Part shown: positions 25,473 through 51,679 of the stretch, piece after piece | How the letters are laid out: each line of letters opens with the position of its first letter | Numbering within the stretch: the first letter of the stretch is position 1 | Source: the human T2T-CHM13v2.0 reference genome, Homo sapiens | DNA: 64,000 bases | NCBI RefSeq assembly: GCF_009914755.1 | Contig: NC_060926.1 | Direction: 5' to 3' (one strand) | The notes under the pieces: model-generated | The model's input: the letters and a program-made list of their open reading frames with translations, nothing else | Told to the model about the DNA's origin: nothing | Databases searched by the model: none | Translations under genes and position numbers: made by a program

Positions 25473-28129
25473 TTACCTTTAAAAAATCATACCTACTTCA
25501 AAATGATATAAAAACGTCATCAATCATTTTATGTGTTTTGCTATACCTGCCAAGAAGAGTTCGATGGTGTTGAACTGTTGCTTAGCATTTAGTCTCTTTT
25601 GGTAATAAAAAAATTAATACTGGCCACAAAACAAATTGATTTCATGAGCTTATTGACAGCCCTGGGGAATTTAGAGTTTGCCATAGTGAGCCAAGAGGGC
25701 CAAGCTGCTTCTGCTTGACCTACAAATCCTACAGTTGCCAGCCAATCTAGTCAATTCTTGGCGATGGATTGATTTCCCCATCAGTTTTCTTCAATCTCGC
25801 CTCAGACCTCAGAACTTCCTATTCCACTGGACACCATTGCTGCTCAAATAAATCCCATTATAGACAGAGCCCCAGTGTGTCATATCACCAAAAGACAGAG
25901 CAAATGGCTGGTTGGACTACTGTAAGCCCTGGATCACTTCCAGAATACAGGTTCCACCATGCGAGCCAACGAATCTGTTTTCCCAGTCATCTGTTTTCAC
26001 CAAGTCAAGAGTTCAAAAGACTTGTCCAATAAGTCAGAACTTCTGTAGCTGGATGACTGGTGTTCCAGTGTGATCATCATGTCTGCCCTTTAAATGTAAA
26101 AACTGAAGCACTTTGTGAAACCTGAAAACAGTTTAAGACATTAAAAAGTCCTCCCCCCTCATCTAAAAGAAAAAGGAATTTTCATGCACTGTAGAAACCA
26201 TTCAGAGGCAAAACATCACATCCCAGTGAATATAATAGGGTCTTGCAGCCCCCTCTTATTTGAACACAACCCTCATTGACTTAAAAGTGACATTTCCAAA
26301 CTGGCTGCAAGAATGATTTGTCCCCCAGACAAAGCAGGCTGCATTTGTTCTGCTAGAATGGCTGCTCTTCTTTGTCTCTGGATAATTTGATACAGCATAC
26401 ATTCATTCATTCAAGGGTGACTCTTATTTGAAAAATTTCTCAATGAGACCATTTAAAAAATGGTTTTTAATCCAGAGCTTTCATGACTAACTCTAAGGCT
26501 TCTTTCAGCCTTCAGCCTTGTCCCTGTTAGTTTCATAGAACTGGCAAAAATTGATCTTTTGAAATAAAATTTTTTACAGTAAATATCAACCTAAAAGTGA
26601 TCATTTTTTCTGAAAACTTTGGACTAAGAATGTGCAGCTTCTCTACAATTTTTAACTGGAAATTCTCTAATCACTTCAAGATTTTTTTTTCTAGTTAAAA
26701 TGGCAGGTTAAGGGAAGGGAAGTGACTTAAATGAAGTCTGGTGCCTTCTACATGCCTGGGGCCATTTCAAGAGGAGTAACAAATCTTTAAGTGTTTAAAA
26801 ACAGTGCAGTGGAAACCAGAGCTGCAGGTAATATTTTCTCTTCTAGGAAAAGCTCTCCATCACAGGCCAGACTCCTTGCTACCCACCTTCTCCAGTCCCA
26901 TGCACTTCCTGGCCCCTTAGGTCAGAATTCCTATAAATTTCAGGGCCTGCCATTTTCCCAGGGCAGAGGTGAGGACTGGGGGAAGAGGTGACTCCAAAAT
27001 CACAACTTCATTAACTAAAACAAAGCAGACATGCAGGGTTGACATTTGGGGCCTATGAATCTTCTTCATGATGGTTCCCATGTCTCTTTAAATAAACAAT
27101 GTGGAAAGAAAAATATGACAGTCTCTTTTTGCAGCAGTTCTGAAAATAACTTGTGCAGGAGAGGTGAACCAGTGGCATGTGCCTGAGCAGAGCCCCCTGG
27201 CTTCACTTTCGCAGTCACCTCTTCCTAAAAAAAAAAACAAGCAACTCACAGGATACTGCAATACCTGTGTGTACATTATAAAAGCCAAAATGAAAAGGTG
27301 TCTTTAATGCTAAAGGTAAGATGGCAAGTTACATTTAGAACTGACCAGAAGGCGGTCTGATTAGTGGTTGTTTTTTTACCTCCAACTTCTGTTTTTAGTG
27401 TATAAATAGAGTTTAAAAGAATAATCAGTACTTAAAGTCAGTGTAGCCCTTTAAGACATAAATAACTGAGAAATAATGAGATTGTTAAATATCAAAGAGG
27501 TTACTACTACACCCTAAATTTCCCCTTGAGTGAGAAGTGAATGATCAAATTCAGAAACACTTCATTAGATAGAACTAAATGCTATCCTTCACCTTGCTAA
27601 TCTCCTCCTGAGATTTTGCTCTTCACTTGAGCAAATTAACTGAGGGTGAACGATGATCAAAGGAAAAACTTATGAGGAGCAAACTCCATAAATTGCTGGT
27701 GAGACTGAAACATAGATCAGAAAAATCTCTCTTTAGTTAGATAAAGATGAGAAATAAAAGGCACAGATATACGCATGAGATATCCGCTATAAAACAAATA
27801 GAAGGAAAACAGAAACAGGAAGGTTTGTAGAGAGGTTAAGAACATCACAAAAAGCAGAGGGCTTTGCAGGGCTCCGCAGCTTCTTATAGCCCTCTTTGTG
27901 TTCCTTTCTTGGCAGGTAGATCCTGAATTATGAAGAGTTTCTGATTTGGAGGCTTCCATACCCACCCCTCCCTCTACACACACTCCATACCACACACATC
28001 CCAGTTTTTCTAATATTTATAAATAGAATTTGCACAAGCCCCTTGAGTGGAGTTGAAATAAACAGAGGAAGTTTACATACGAGTTCAGAAAGGCCATGGT
28101 TCCATGGTTTAAGAAACAGTCATCGGAAC

Positions 28130-29425
28130 TGGGCTTGTGGCCCATGCCTGTAGTCCTAGATAGTCGAGAGGCTGAGGTGGAAGGATCTCTTGAGCCCCAG
28201 AGGTTGAGGCTGGTGAGCCAGGATCGTACCACTGCACTCAAGCCTGGGCAACAGAGCAAGAAACTGTCTCAAAAAAAAATAAAAGTGCACACTTCGCCAA
28301 AGAAAAGATATGAACAACAAATAAGCACATGAAAAGATTCTCAACATCATTAGTCACTGGGAAACTGCAAATTAAAATTAGAATGGCTCAAATTTAAAAA
28401 CCTGATAGTACCAACTGCTCGAGAGGATGCAGGGCAACTGGAATTTGCATTGCTGGTGGGAATGCAAATGGTACAGCCACTTTGGTAACAGAAAGAGTTT
28501 CTCATAAAGTTTAACATCCATTTACCGTATCACCCAGCAATCCCATGCCTATGTAGTTAGCCAAGAGAAAGAAAGACATATGTCAACTCCACCCCCAACA
28601 AACCAGTAAACTTGTATGCTTATAGCAGCTTTAATCATGGTTGCCAAAAACTGATGATTTGGGTAGATAAACAGTTTGTTGCTGGAATACTACTTAGCAA
28701 TAAAGAGGAATGAACTACTGATACATGCAACAACATGATAATTTCAAATGCATTCTGCTAAGTGAAAGAAACCAGACTACATAGTGTACGATTCCATTTA
28801 TGTGACGCTGTGAATAGGGTAATACTATAGGGACAAAAGTAGACCCATGTGAGTAGAGAAATGTTTGCCTACAAAGGGACTCACACACAATGATGTGCCA
28901 TTTGTTAAATATTATAGCATTGTACTCCTTCAAAGGGTGAATTTTACTGTATGTAAATTGTAACTCAACAAACTGACTTATAAAAAATTATAATACGGGC
29001 CAGGTGCGGTGGATCATGCCTGTAATCCTAGCACTGTGGGAGGCCGAGGACAGCGGATCACCTGAGGTCAGGAGTTCAAGACCAGCCTGGCCAACATGGT
29101 GAAACCCCGTCTCTACCAAAAATACAAAAATTACCCGGTGTGGTGGCACATGCCTGTAGTCCCAGCTACTCAGGAGGCTGAAGCAGGAGAATTGCTTGAA
29201 CCCAGGAAGCGGAGGTTGCAGTGAGCCGAGATCATGTCACTGCACTCCAGCCTGGGCGACAGAGCAAGTCTCCGTTCCAAAAAATAAAAAATTATAATAT
29301 ACTGAGCTCAGTGGTGTAGTCTCAGCTACTCAAGAAGCTGAGGCAGGAGGATTGCTTGAGCCTCATGTGTTAAGGTTCAGCCTGGGCAAAATAGTGGGAC
29401 CTCATCATTAAAAAAAAAAAAAAAT
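28130..29425 (+). mobile_element. Alu monomer (28130-28283), old L1 3' fragment (28290-28985), AluS (28998-29290), Alu monomer (29305-29425)
   Basis: AAGCACATGAAAAGATTCTCAACATCATTAGTCA L1 motif plus Alu consensus blocks. Confidence 0.82.
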
Positions 29426-30447
29426 TAATTATAATAATAAAAAGGAGGGGAACCTGGTCAAACTACTGGGTTGGAAAGTCACTCTGGTTGTTGTGTGGCA
29501 AAAGGACTGGAGCAGCAAAAGCAGGAACAGTCTTGAAGCTGTTTCAGTGGTCCTGGTCAGACATCTTTCCTGAGAGCCAGTCCCAGGGTGGTGGGGGTAA
29601 AGATGGAGAAAAGCAGGCCACCAGAAACATATTTTGGACGGATAACTGGAAGATTTGCTGATGGACTGGAGGTGAGTCAGAAAAGACCTAGAGTTGTCAA
29701 AAGAGACCCCAAGAATTTTTTTTTAATTTCCTGTGCCATTTGAGGTGGTTGTAGAGCAAAGAGCCTCAAAGGGTTCTATTCCTAACTCCACTGTGAATTA
29801 CCTACAGAAACCTCCTAACCTGCAGAATTATATGCATACATTAGCAGCATCTCTAAATATGTACTAAGGACTGGAATAGTAATGTAAACGCTGGAGAACA
29901 TGAGACAGAATTATCTTCTTGCTTGTACTAGAAACTGAAGAATAAAGAACTAATCTAGTCAAGATCTCAAGCAAGAAGAGCTACTCTGAAAGAAGATACT
30001 GCCCGTCAGAAGAGTAATGGCAAAAATGTGAAACTCTGTTATTTGTATTTTCTGGTTAACATAAAAAGTCCTGACAAACAAAGGGGATGAAAAATATTGG
30101 CTAAAATGTATCCAATGTATTAAATAAAATAAATAATAAGAATTTCTTTGTGTTTTTTTTAAGTCTATAAAGTCCATTTCCTATGCTCATTCATGCATTA
30201 TTTACCTTGGCTGACTGTGGACTGAGAAGTGATTGCCTATTAGCCTAGCTTGGATGTTCCTGGCTCCGCCATTAACATGCTTTCCCCACCTAGGATTTAA
30301 CCATCTAGAACAGGACAGTTGCCTTTGGTCACTTCAGGGTCATTTGGTCAAAGTGGTGAAACCCAATCTTGGAATGTCATGTGAAGTCTGACAGGCAATC
30401 CTTCCGGGCTTGTGCTTGTGAAATTCTCTTGTGATGGAGCTGAAGTA

Positions 30448-32600
<2,153 letters not shown>

Positions 32601-32909
32601 AACCATTACTCTTAATGTGTTTTCTATCACCTTATACACAACTTCTTCTGGTCATAAAAATATTTTGGGCAGTCAAAAAATACCCAGACATGGTTTGAAA
32701 GATCAATTAATACTACAACACTTATAATAAACAAAAAACTATGACAGCAATAGAAAAAAAACAGCAATATTTGACCCCAGAATTAGACTCCCCAAAGGCA
32801 GAGACAACTTTTAACTCAGCTGTTTTTCCCTTTACATTTAACTCTTTATTTTTAGTAATAAGTTTATGCTACTATTTATTGTATTTATTGATTAAACGAT
32901 TTTAGACAT

Positions 32910-33575
32910 TGCAGTGGACTGACTGTGTGTGTCCCCCACAAAGTTTATATGTTGAAAACCTAACCCTCAATGTGATGGTAATCAGGTCACAAGGGTAAGC
33001 CCTCATGAATAAAATTACGGCCCTTGTAAAAGGGACCCCAGAGAGCTCTTAACCCACTTCCACCATGTGAAGACACAAGAAACTGCCAGTCTGCAACCCA
33101 GAAGAGGACCTTCACCAGAACCCAACCATGCTGGCACGCTAATCTCAGACTTCCAGCCTCCAGAACTGTGAGAAATAAATGTTAGTTGTTTAAGCCATCT
33201 TTTTTTTTTTTGGGAAGTGGGGACAGCCTCACTCTGTCACCCAGGAGTCTGGAGTGCAATGGCATGATCACGGCCCACTATATCCTTGACTTCCCAGGCT
33301 CAAGCGATCCTCCTGCCTCAGCCTCTTACGCAGCTGTGCACCACCACACCCGGCTAATTTTTTAAAATATTTTGTAGAGACAGGGTCTCCCTTGCCCAAG
33401 CTGGTCTCGAAATCGTGGGCTCAAGCGATCCTCCCACCTTGGCCTCCCAAACTGCTAGGATTACAAGCCTAAACCACTGTGCCCGTCCCGCTCTGTCTAT
33501 GGTACTCTATTGCTTTTTCATAGTCTTCTAGAACAACCATATGGTATTCTATTACAGCAGCCTGAACAACAGATT
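32910..33575 (+). mobile_element. MLT1A-type LTR interrupted by an antisense AluJ (33200-33490)
   Basis: TGCAGTGGACTGACTGTGTGTGTCCCCC start; GACTTCCAGCCTCCAGAACTGTGAGAAATAAAT. Confidence 0.8.
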
Positions 33576-33579
33576 CAGA

Positions 33580-37685
<4,106 letters not shown>

Positions 37686-39789
37686 TTTTAATACCTCTAT
37701 AGTATTCAGTAGTATGAATTTATCATGACTGATGTAATTATTTAATCTTTTTTAAAATTTTACACACACACACACACCTACACATACATACACTTTCATA
37801 TACACACATGTATCTTTTTGAAAGGTCAGTAAATTAAGTGACTTGAATTTTAGAAATATCAAACAATTGTATATGTGCAAAGAAGAAAGTAAAACAGGAC
37901 CATGTTATATGCATGGAAATCTTCATTGTAGAGTTATGTCTAATAGTGAACGGATAGAACCATTTCCAAGGCCTCCAAAACCAGAGCTATCAGGATTCAC
38001 CTCCAGTTGAAGATGTGTCATAAATTAAGCTAAAGCACTTTTGAAATTATAGAAGCCCATCACCATAGAGTTATGTAAGTCAATGGCTCTATGGTTTAAT
38101 CTGCAATTCATATTTTTACAAAATGTGCTGTGCTCTTCACCAGTCAGAACCGCTTCGTGTCAGAGTCCTGACAGGAAATAGGCAACACTTTCAAATGGGG
38201 TACTGAGGAAAAAGGAATAATGGGACCATTTTCAGTGGTGTGGCAAAGTTAAAGGAAACCAGAAAAAAATGGTGAAGCACCTTGGGAGTAGCAACAGGGA
38301 GAGACATTATCACCCCAAGACCTGAGAGTGAAGAGAACAAAGCAGTTACTGGGCACGGAGAGTAACTCTAGCTGTAAAAGAGGCCACCTGCATGGTCCTC
38401 ATTCAGCAAGGAAAGGAGCAGGAGGTGGTGGGTGACCTCACTCTTAATCTGGTGTTTTCATTTGCTAAATCTGGCAACCCTAGGTGGGCAAGGGTAGAGA
38501 GCCAATCTGAAGGGGTACATCAGTGTCCTTCTTTGCTCATTAATAGCAATGCATGTGGACCTCAGGACAAAGCCACTCACCAAAACCACAGGCAACACAT
38601 TTATCCAATTATGGTAGTGAATTGGTTATATCTGCTCTGAAAATTGTTCAACTATTTAGGAATAGCTGTGGATACCTTGGCTTATAATTCCAATTATATA
38701 TATTTAAAAAGAGGCTGCACATAAAAAGAGACAATAAAAAGGTAAACTTTAGAGGGAAAAATGTCCCCTACTTGCCTCTGCCCATTAGTATTTAGTTTCT
38801 TCATCATTCCCAGTATGGGAATCTGTAAGATATGCCACAGGAGCTGAATGGAATATCTTTATCCAGGCTTTAGGAGAAAAATTCCATCACGAGTGGAGGC
38901 TAAGTTGACCAGAGAATGCAAGAGGAATAACTTGAGCAAAGGCTGGAAACTACTATCCTCATGCTTACAATAAATGTTAACCTAAGACAGAAACAATGTA
39001 CAAAGGAGAATGTGAATGGGGTCGATAAGAAGTCAGAGTTCTCCACAAATCAATATGATTAAACAATATTCTGGTAATTTCAAAACAGCAATCTGCTTTA
39101 AGAATAAAGTTTATCTTAATTTATAAGCAAATAGACAAAAATTGGAGACAACATGTCTACAGCTATTCTTAGATTAAAATAATAAATCTGATTGGTTGGC
39201 AAAAGAAGAGTCCAGAGGAAGCACTGTGATTTTATAGTTTTGGCAAGTACTTTTCCCCTAAGAAAGCTTTCTTAATTTACAAATAAACGTCATTTATCCC
39301 ATTTCCACAGTTCATCTATTTATTACCAAAACATTACATTTTTAGAGATTTAGCATGTCATACTTTTATTATAAAATGTGTGTTTTTAAAAAGTACTGAA
39401 GAGGAAAAATGATTAAAGTTCTGCCATTTGGCTCAACAGCTGTAAGAGAGTTTGAACTCATCTTAAGCGGTGGGCTACTGTTCACTCTTTGATGTCTGGT
39501 GAAGTCCAAGCATCTGGTTTCCAAATAGTGGTCTACATAGCTCATCTGACACCTGGGATAGATCATTTTTTAACACACCCCTTTATGTGTGACAAAATTA
39601 TCCTCAGTAATAATCCTGAAATTAAATAATAATGTAGCCAAAAGCATAATTTTTCTTTTATTGAACTTCCTACATATAATCATCCCAGGAAAAAAATAAA
39701 ATAAATATTACAGTACCAAAAAAGCAATGGTCTGATTCTGTTTAATTACATTAGAGTAGTTTTTTTTTTTTTTTTTTTAGGGGGTGGTA

Positions 39790-41280
39790 AAACACATAAA
39801 GAAAGGCTTCCAAAAAATTTAACTTCACAAGATGTGACTATAAAAGGGTAGCACAAGGAGTTTTGCAGTGATAGAACAGCCTGTATCTTGTCGTGGTGAT
39901 TACATGAATTCACACATGATAAAATTGTATAGAACTGGCTGGGCATGGTGGTTCATGCCTGTAATCCCAGCACTTTAGGAGGTAGAGACAGGATGATCAC
40001 TCGAGCCCAGCAGTTCGAGAACAGCCTGGGCAACATAGGGAGACCCTGTCCCTCAATAAATAAATAAATATTAGCTGGGTATGGTGGCGTATGCTTGTGT
40101 TCCCAGGTACTCAGGAGGCTGAGGTGGGAGGATCACTTAAGCCCCAGGGGTTGAGGCTTCCGTGAGCGGTAATCCTGCCACTGCACTCCAGCCCGGGCAA
40201 CAGAGTGAGACCCTGTCTCAAAAAATAAAAAAATAAAAATAACAGTTGTATAGAACCACACACACCCCCACAAATGAGTGCATATAAATCTGAAGAAATC
40301 TGAATGAGGTATTTGAATCCTGGTTTTGTTATGTATTATAGTTATGTCACATGTCATCATTGGGGGTAACTGGTGAAGAGTACCAGAATCTCTCTGTATT
40401 ATTTCTGCAACTTTCTGTGAATCTATAATTATTTCTAAGTAATAAGTTTTTGTTAAAATTTATATGCTGTGTGATTTCATGTATTTGATATTCTTGAAAA
40501 CACCAAAATATAGCAACATTTGCCAGGGATGGGAGAATGTATGACTACTGAAGCTGAGGGAAACCTATCTAGGCTTGTCAAATTTTAACCTGCTTTGCTT
40601 GCTTTTAGCTGGTTTTTTTTAAAAAGAAACTCCCATCAGCCATCCTATAGATAACATCTCTGACATACAGGTCACAATGGTAAAACAGCTGCCTAAGTTG
40701 TTTTTCAGGAACTTAAAGACAGCTCTCAACCAGTCCAAACTGGGTAAGACCACACTGACCCTTTGGGCCTGAGCAAATGTCTGATGGGTGATCTTTTGAT
40801 GTCAGAGGCCATGAGCTTCACCCACTGATCATGCTAAAGCTACCATTTTTGGAACATGTGTCCCACAAAGAGCCATGAAGCTTAGCTATGCTTGCACAGA
40901 ACACCAATTACCTCACTTTTCCTTACCCCCACTCACCTTTCCTTGTACCTCAGACCACCCTGCTCCCCTATCCCATAAATATCTCTAAACCCCATCTTTG
41001 GGGAGATGAATTTGAGACCTGTTCTCTCATCTTCTCACTTAGCTGCCATGTGACTAAATCCCTTCTTTGCTGCAAAGCTCATTGTCTCAGTGATTGGCAT
41101 ACTGTGTGGCAGGCAAAACGGGCCTGGCTCCATAACACAACAAAGGATCCACACAAGGAGAGTTGTTGGGTGATGGAATAGTTCTATATCCAGATTGTGA
41201 CTGTGGTTAGAAAAATCTACACATGCATTAAAATTCACGGAATAAAAATGTCAAGTTTACTGTATGTTAAATTTTTAGAA
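39790..41280 (+). mobile_element. Old L1 3'UTR pieces with an AluJ (39936-40240) and a nested LTR
   Basis: GTGATAGAACAGCCTGTATCTTG and GGTGATGGAATAGTTCTATATC L1MC/ME-type motifs. Confidence 0.65.
40549..41137 (+). mobile_element. ERV1 (MER4-group-like) solo LTR
   Basis: TG...CA ends, near-TSD CTAC/CAAC, CATAAAT box, U5-like GTCTCAGTGATTGGC...CATAACA. Confidence 0.7.
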
Positions 41281-41979
41281 AATTTTGTCATTATCTTATT
41301 TTTAAGACATTAAAAGCTTTGGAATCAGTCAGACTTGTATTTAAATATTGGAATATTAGGCAAGTCAATCTGTTTTCTTATCTGTAAAATAGTAACAATG
41401 CCATCCATCTAATGATAATGTATGTAAAGGCCTTACTTAGCACATTGCCCAGCACTAAGAAAGCACTGAGCAAATGGTCTTATTTATTTGTTTCTATTTT
41501 TTATTTAGAGGATTCACTCTGTAAATAAATTTAGAATAAGCAAAGAGATTACTAGGTATCTCCAGTGAAAAACTGTATGTCTAGAACACACTGTTTATCT
41601 AATTGTTGACTTTGAGTTATTTTATGACTGTAATTTGTAGGTAATTGATAGCAATCCAAAATAATTCTTATCCATTGTCATGCAAATAAAATCTGCAGTG
41701 AATTGTGGTGTGGTGGTTTCATTTTACTCCTCCCAAAGCCCACAAACTCCCCACTCTAGTGAAAAAAGCCAGTTTTGTTTCCCTTTGTAAATTCATTTTA
41801 ACATTCCCTTACTCCATATAAAATTGTGGTGCTTTTGACTTCTCCTTTGAATCAGTTGTAATATGTCTACAGTTTATTCATTAAATAATGAATTGAGTAA
41901 AATCTTTGACACGTGTTTATTTTATAGCTGCAAGAGAATCATGATTTTACCTCTTTTTGAAAGCTATCCTTTAACAATT

Positions 41980-42728
<749 letters not shown>

Positions 42729-42899
42729 TAGTGCTTTGTACACAGAAGCTCCTCAGTAGATACTTGCTAAGTGAATAAATTGAATTGATATTTCATCTGA
42801 GATTGCTCAATCAGATGTAAAGGCAGACTTTAATTTTTGTACTCATGGGCTGAGACAAACATCCATCGATGCTCTTCAATATTTATTTGTGATTGTTCT

Positions 42900-43260
42900 G
42901 GAATTTTATCAGCCAGGAAGGGCTAGATAGTAACAAACATCTCCCAAACCTCAGCAGCTTAACACAACAAAAGTAATTTTTCACTGTCCATTGCAGATTG
43001 CAAGGGAGCTCTTCTAGTCACTGTTACTCCAGGATGAAGACCATGGAGTCTCCATCTCAACATTTACTCCTACAACCACTGCAGCACTGGGAAGCAGACC
43101 TGAGGAATCATAGGATTTGAAATTTTCACCTAGATATGACACATATCACTTCTCATATTCCACTGGCCAAAGCAAATCACATGGTCTCACCTCTAAAGGA
43201 ACAATGAAGTACAGACCTACTACGTGCCTGGAAAAATGACCAAAACAGCATTAAGGATTT
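42900..43260 (-). mobile_element. Old MLT1 (J/K-like) LTR
   Basis: GTAACAAACATCTCCCAAACCTCAGCAGCTTAACACAACAAAAG; CCACTGGCCAAAGCAAATCACATGG. Confidence 0.65.
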
Positions 43261-43322
43261 CCATATCAATACAGTCAGTGATAAAATGAGTGCAGAAGGA
43301 TGAGATGCCCAGCAATGGACTT

Positions 43323-43645
43323 ATCATATATATATGATTATATATTTTATATATTATGCATTATAAATATTTACAACTTATATGTATATATAATTTCAAC
43401 TTTTATTTTGATTCATGGGGTATACATGTGCAGGTTTGTTACATGGGTATATTGCGTAGCACTGAGCTTTCGGGTACCAATGGTCCTATCACCCAGGCAG
43501 TAAGCATAGTACCCGATAGGTAGTTTTCCAGTCCTTGCCCCACTCCCTCTCCTTCCCCTATTGCAGTCCCCCATGTCTATTGTTCCCATCTTTATGGAAA
43601 CCCAATGTGTACCCAATGCTTAGCTCTGACTTAGAAGTGAGAACA
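43323..43645 (-). mobile_element. 5'-truncated L1PA/PB 3' end with AT-decayed tail
   Basis: ACATGTGCAGGTTTGTTACATGGGTATATTG; perfect 14-bp TSD CCAGCAATGGACTT (43309-43322 / 43646-43659). Confidence 0.88.
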
Positions 43646-43742
43646 CCAGCAATGGACTTCAAATGAAATTATTACTAAAAACTGTAGGGCTGCTAGAAAT
43701 TTACTATACACCTTCTTCCCTCATAAATGTTCCCTGTAGAAA

Positions 43743-44892
43743 TGACGCAGGATTTTTTGGTGCCAGTTCGCCAGCCAGAGACCTCTGCAGCTGGTGACAC
43801 CCTTGCCCAGGGCCTCACTCGGCTTCAGACTCACCACTGGAGGCACCCTGCCTACTTGGCCCCGCAGGCTGTGCTTGGCTTGTGCCCTGGCCAGGATCCC
43901 ATGACCACTGCAACTGCGTACTCAGCCTGCAGCGAGAGGGGGTGCATGAGCAAGCAAGCACAGGGCCTGGCCACAGCACACAGTCAGGTGTGTCAGCTGC
44001 TGCAGCGGGTGGGCTGCTGCTATGGTGGGTGGGCTGCTCCAAGCAGCCCACAGGCTCTGCACGGGGTATGTGTCTGAACCAGGTGTGTCACAAGTGACTC
44101 CCTCAGTGGGTTCCAGTGACCAGACAAGGGGGATGCGTTGGTACTTGAAAACTTGGAGATGCCAAAAAAACACAGAGCCCCAAGGGGTGTCATTCCCGCC
44201 GTCCATAGCTTGGAGTGGATGGGGGCATACTAATAGCTCTTTCAGTCCCTCTGCCCTGCTCCGGCCCATGCCCCCTGGGCTGGCCTGGCCCCACCACTGC
44301 TTCCCATCACATGGGGCAGCCACCTGGCACTGGCAGAGTGCAGAGGGCTACAGTGTTACAGGATTACTTGGGACCTGCGTTAGGCAGGTCCCAAGTTCTT
44401 GTCCTACACCCAAGAAGAATTATGTCAGCATAACCCAGCAAGGTTATGCTGACAACTGAAGAGTGAGTCGGGTGGAGAGTTTTATTGAGCACAGAACAGT
44501 TCTCTATGAAGAGGGGACCCAAAAGGGGCAGTCCCCCACCCAAAGTCATGTAGTCCCAAAGTGCAGCTGAGTCCGAGGCTTTTATGCACTCTGAATTGGG
44601 TAGTGTGTGCTGATTGGTTTGTGAGTATGCAAAACAGCCTAAAAAAAGGCACCACTCAGAGATGGGCATGACCGTGTACAAAATCAATTAGGGAAGGGTA
44701 GGTATACGAAAAATAAGTGAAGGGTAGGGATCAATCAGAGGAAAGTGCACCAAACAGGAAGAGAGGTTCCAAGATTTATCCAAGATTTGTAGCTTGGTTT
44801 TCAGGCTTTAAATTGTCTTTGATTTGAAGGTGAGGTTTCACTAGGGATTCATCCCTGTCTGCCTAGGATTTGCCTGCCTCCTACTGCTATCA
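43743..44892 (-). mobile_element. MER52/LTR27-28-type long GC-rich ERV1 solo LTR
   Basis: TGACGCAGGATTTTTTGG...CTGCCTAGGATTTGCCTGCCTCCTACTGCTATCA; antisense AATAAA (TTTATT) near 44480. Confidence 0.8.
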
Positions 44893-45859
44893 CCACTGCC
44901 CCACAAGTAGAAAACATTCTTTGCATATTTTTCTTTTTAGTTAGGGTTTACAGAAAGAGAAGGAAACTCTTTCCTTGCCATTATCATCATCATAAAACCA
45001 TTAAGGCACCCTAGTAGAGGTGAGGAGAGCCTGTGGGCACTAATCTAAAATAAGGAATAATCTGAATGTCTGAGGGAAAATGAATACTTAGGAACAATCA
45101 AAATAAAACTTCAAGTGAGGAAAAATAAGAGGAATGAAAAATAGTTCTAATTGGATGAAGGTAAAAGATTCTTCCAAAAGTAGATGGATAGGTCTAATGG
45201 AGTGTTTATCTGATTATCTACCATGGGGGTGGCCACAGAGCCCCAGCTGATTTTTGTGTACTCCTTGGTGAAGACAGAATGTTATGCCCTGGCACAGTCT
45301 CAAAACAGGAAGAATGAAGGTTTTTAAATCACTGTTTTATTGAAGGAAAACACTAGTCTGCATCAGAGGACTCAAAAAACCCAGGAAGTGAAGTGTAGCC
45401 AACTACTGCCTGGGGCTATGGGGGAGTGGGGAATCTGTACCTGGATCCAGACCAAGTCTGTTTCAAATTTATGTGATTGAGAATTTCTCTTTGAAAAGAG
45501 CACTTCATGGGACCCTTGGGAGCTGTCAAACTCTGCCCGGGGGCAGAAGATTAACTGCTCTGTGGACCAGCAGGGAGAAGCCTAGTAAATCAGAAGCCCC
45601 TTGTTTGTGGGTCTGTGGACTTACAGGTGGCGATGTAACAGGCAGTGCCTCTCTGCAGGCGACTGGGGGACTTCAGAGTTTGTGGCTCAGAACTAGCTGT
45701 GTGAATGGAAAGGAGCATTTGAATCCATTCTCCAAACTGCTTATTGAAAAACACACTTGAATGAATCTGCAAAAGAAGTTTCCTTGAATTATCAATCTTC
45801 TGGAAGAATCTCCAGGAAATGGTGTCTTCAGGAGAGGAGAACATTCTTTTTGTTTCTTA

Positions 45860-46040
45860 TTGAGGTAGTGGTCAAGTTAAGAGCATGACTTTGGAAACAG
45901 CTCTGCTGCCCTTTAGTGGTTGTGTGTTTGTGACCCTAAATTGTCTCAGTGGTAAAATGAGGATTATAATGAGGATTAAATGAGTCAACTACATGGAAAG
46001 CAGAACAATGAACATAGTGTGTGCTATTGGCTTTTATTAT
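45860..46040 (+). mobile_element. MIR fragment
   Basis: GTTAAGAGCATGACTTTGG...GTAAAATGAGGATTATAAT..GAGGATTAAATGAG. Confidence 0.65.
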
Positions 46041-46544
46041 TCCATATATTCGGGTGTATTACCTCTTAAAAATATTTTAAATGTTTTTATAAAATATTGA
46101 AATATTTCTATAAAGCAAGTAATTGCCTGATAATCTCTCTCTTTTCTGGAATTTAATTTTTATAAAGTTTGGTTACAGTTAGACTAAACTATTATGCCCC
46201 TTCCTCCCTCCTCCCTTCTTTGCATTTCTTTTCTGTGATCTGCTCTGGCAAGTGCAGAGCTCCCTGTAGCTATATGGTAGCCCAGGAACATGAAAGGCCA
46301 TTTGCATCAGAAGCCTTCCATATGCCATTCTCCACTTATCATCTGACTGCTCCCAGAGAGCTTATCAATAGAAATGAAATGACTACTACTCCAAGGACAG
46401 TCCCTACATTGTAGGTGCACCCCAAAAGAGAGGAGGGTGCTCTCTTCCTTCGTTTCAACTTGTAATTAGTAAAGGCAAGAAAATACCTTCTCAAATGTAG
46501 GTTTAAGAATATGGATGTTAAACTGGAATTTCCACTCTCTTTTT

Positions 46545-51100
<4,556 letters not shown>

Positions 51101-51679
51101 GATGGTGTCCAAGTCTCCAGGGGCTTACAGAGTGTAAATGTGTATGAACAGGTGAGTCATGGGCCCCTGGATTTCCAGGGAGCCTACATTTCCTGCTTTC
51201 TGTAGCATGTGGTCCAGAGTCCTACTGAGAAACCTGCTGCAGACACACCCTTCCCAGTAACCAGCTAACTAACCAACCAAAACCCAAGAAACTAGGAAAT
51301 CCTAACCAGTGTTTCCTAATCATCAGATTTCTGAGGGGTAGGGTCTGAGTATCTGTACTTTTTAGGCCCTCTATGTGATTCTGATAGACTGGTGCCTTAA
51401 CTACAACCACACTCTTCCATTTGCATTTACCTGAATGTGATTCACTTTCAGGCTTCAGTATATGACGTTCCTTTGGTCTAGATTTCCCTTCCTCCTCCTG
51501 CTCATCCTTAAAGTCCAGCTCAGAGGTGGTCTCCTCCATAAAACCTTCACAGAGGCTCTCTTCTACCCCCCTCTATCTTCCTACCCCACCCACAAATTAG
51601 AATTAGTCATTTAAATGTCTATGTCTGCAGACTGGGCCATGAGCTACTTGAAAGCAAATGTAGTGACTATATTCATTAT

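Noticed and set aside
43727-44687. Overlapping 70-145 aa GC-rich ORFs
   Set aside because: All lie within the MER52-type LTR.
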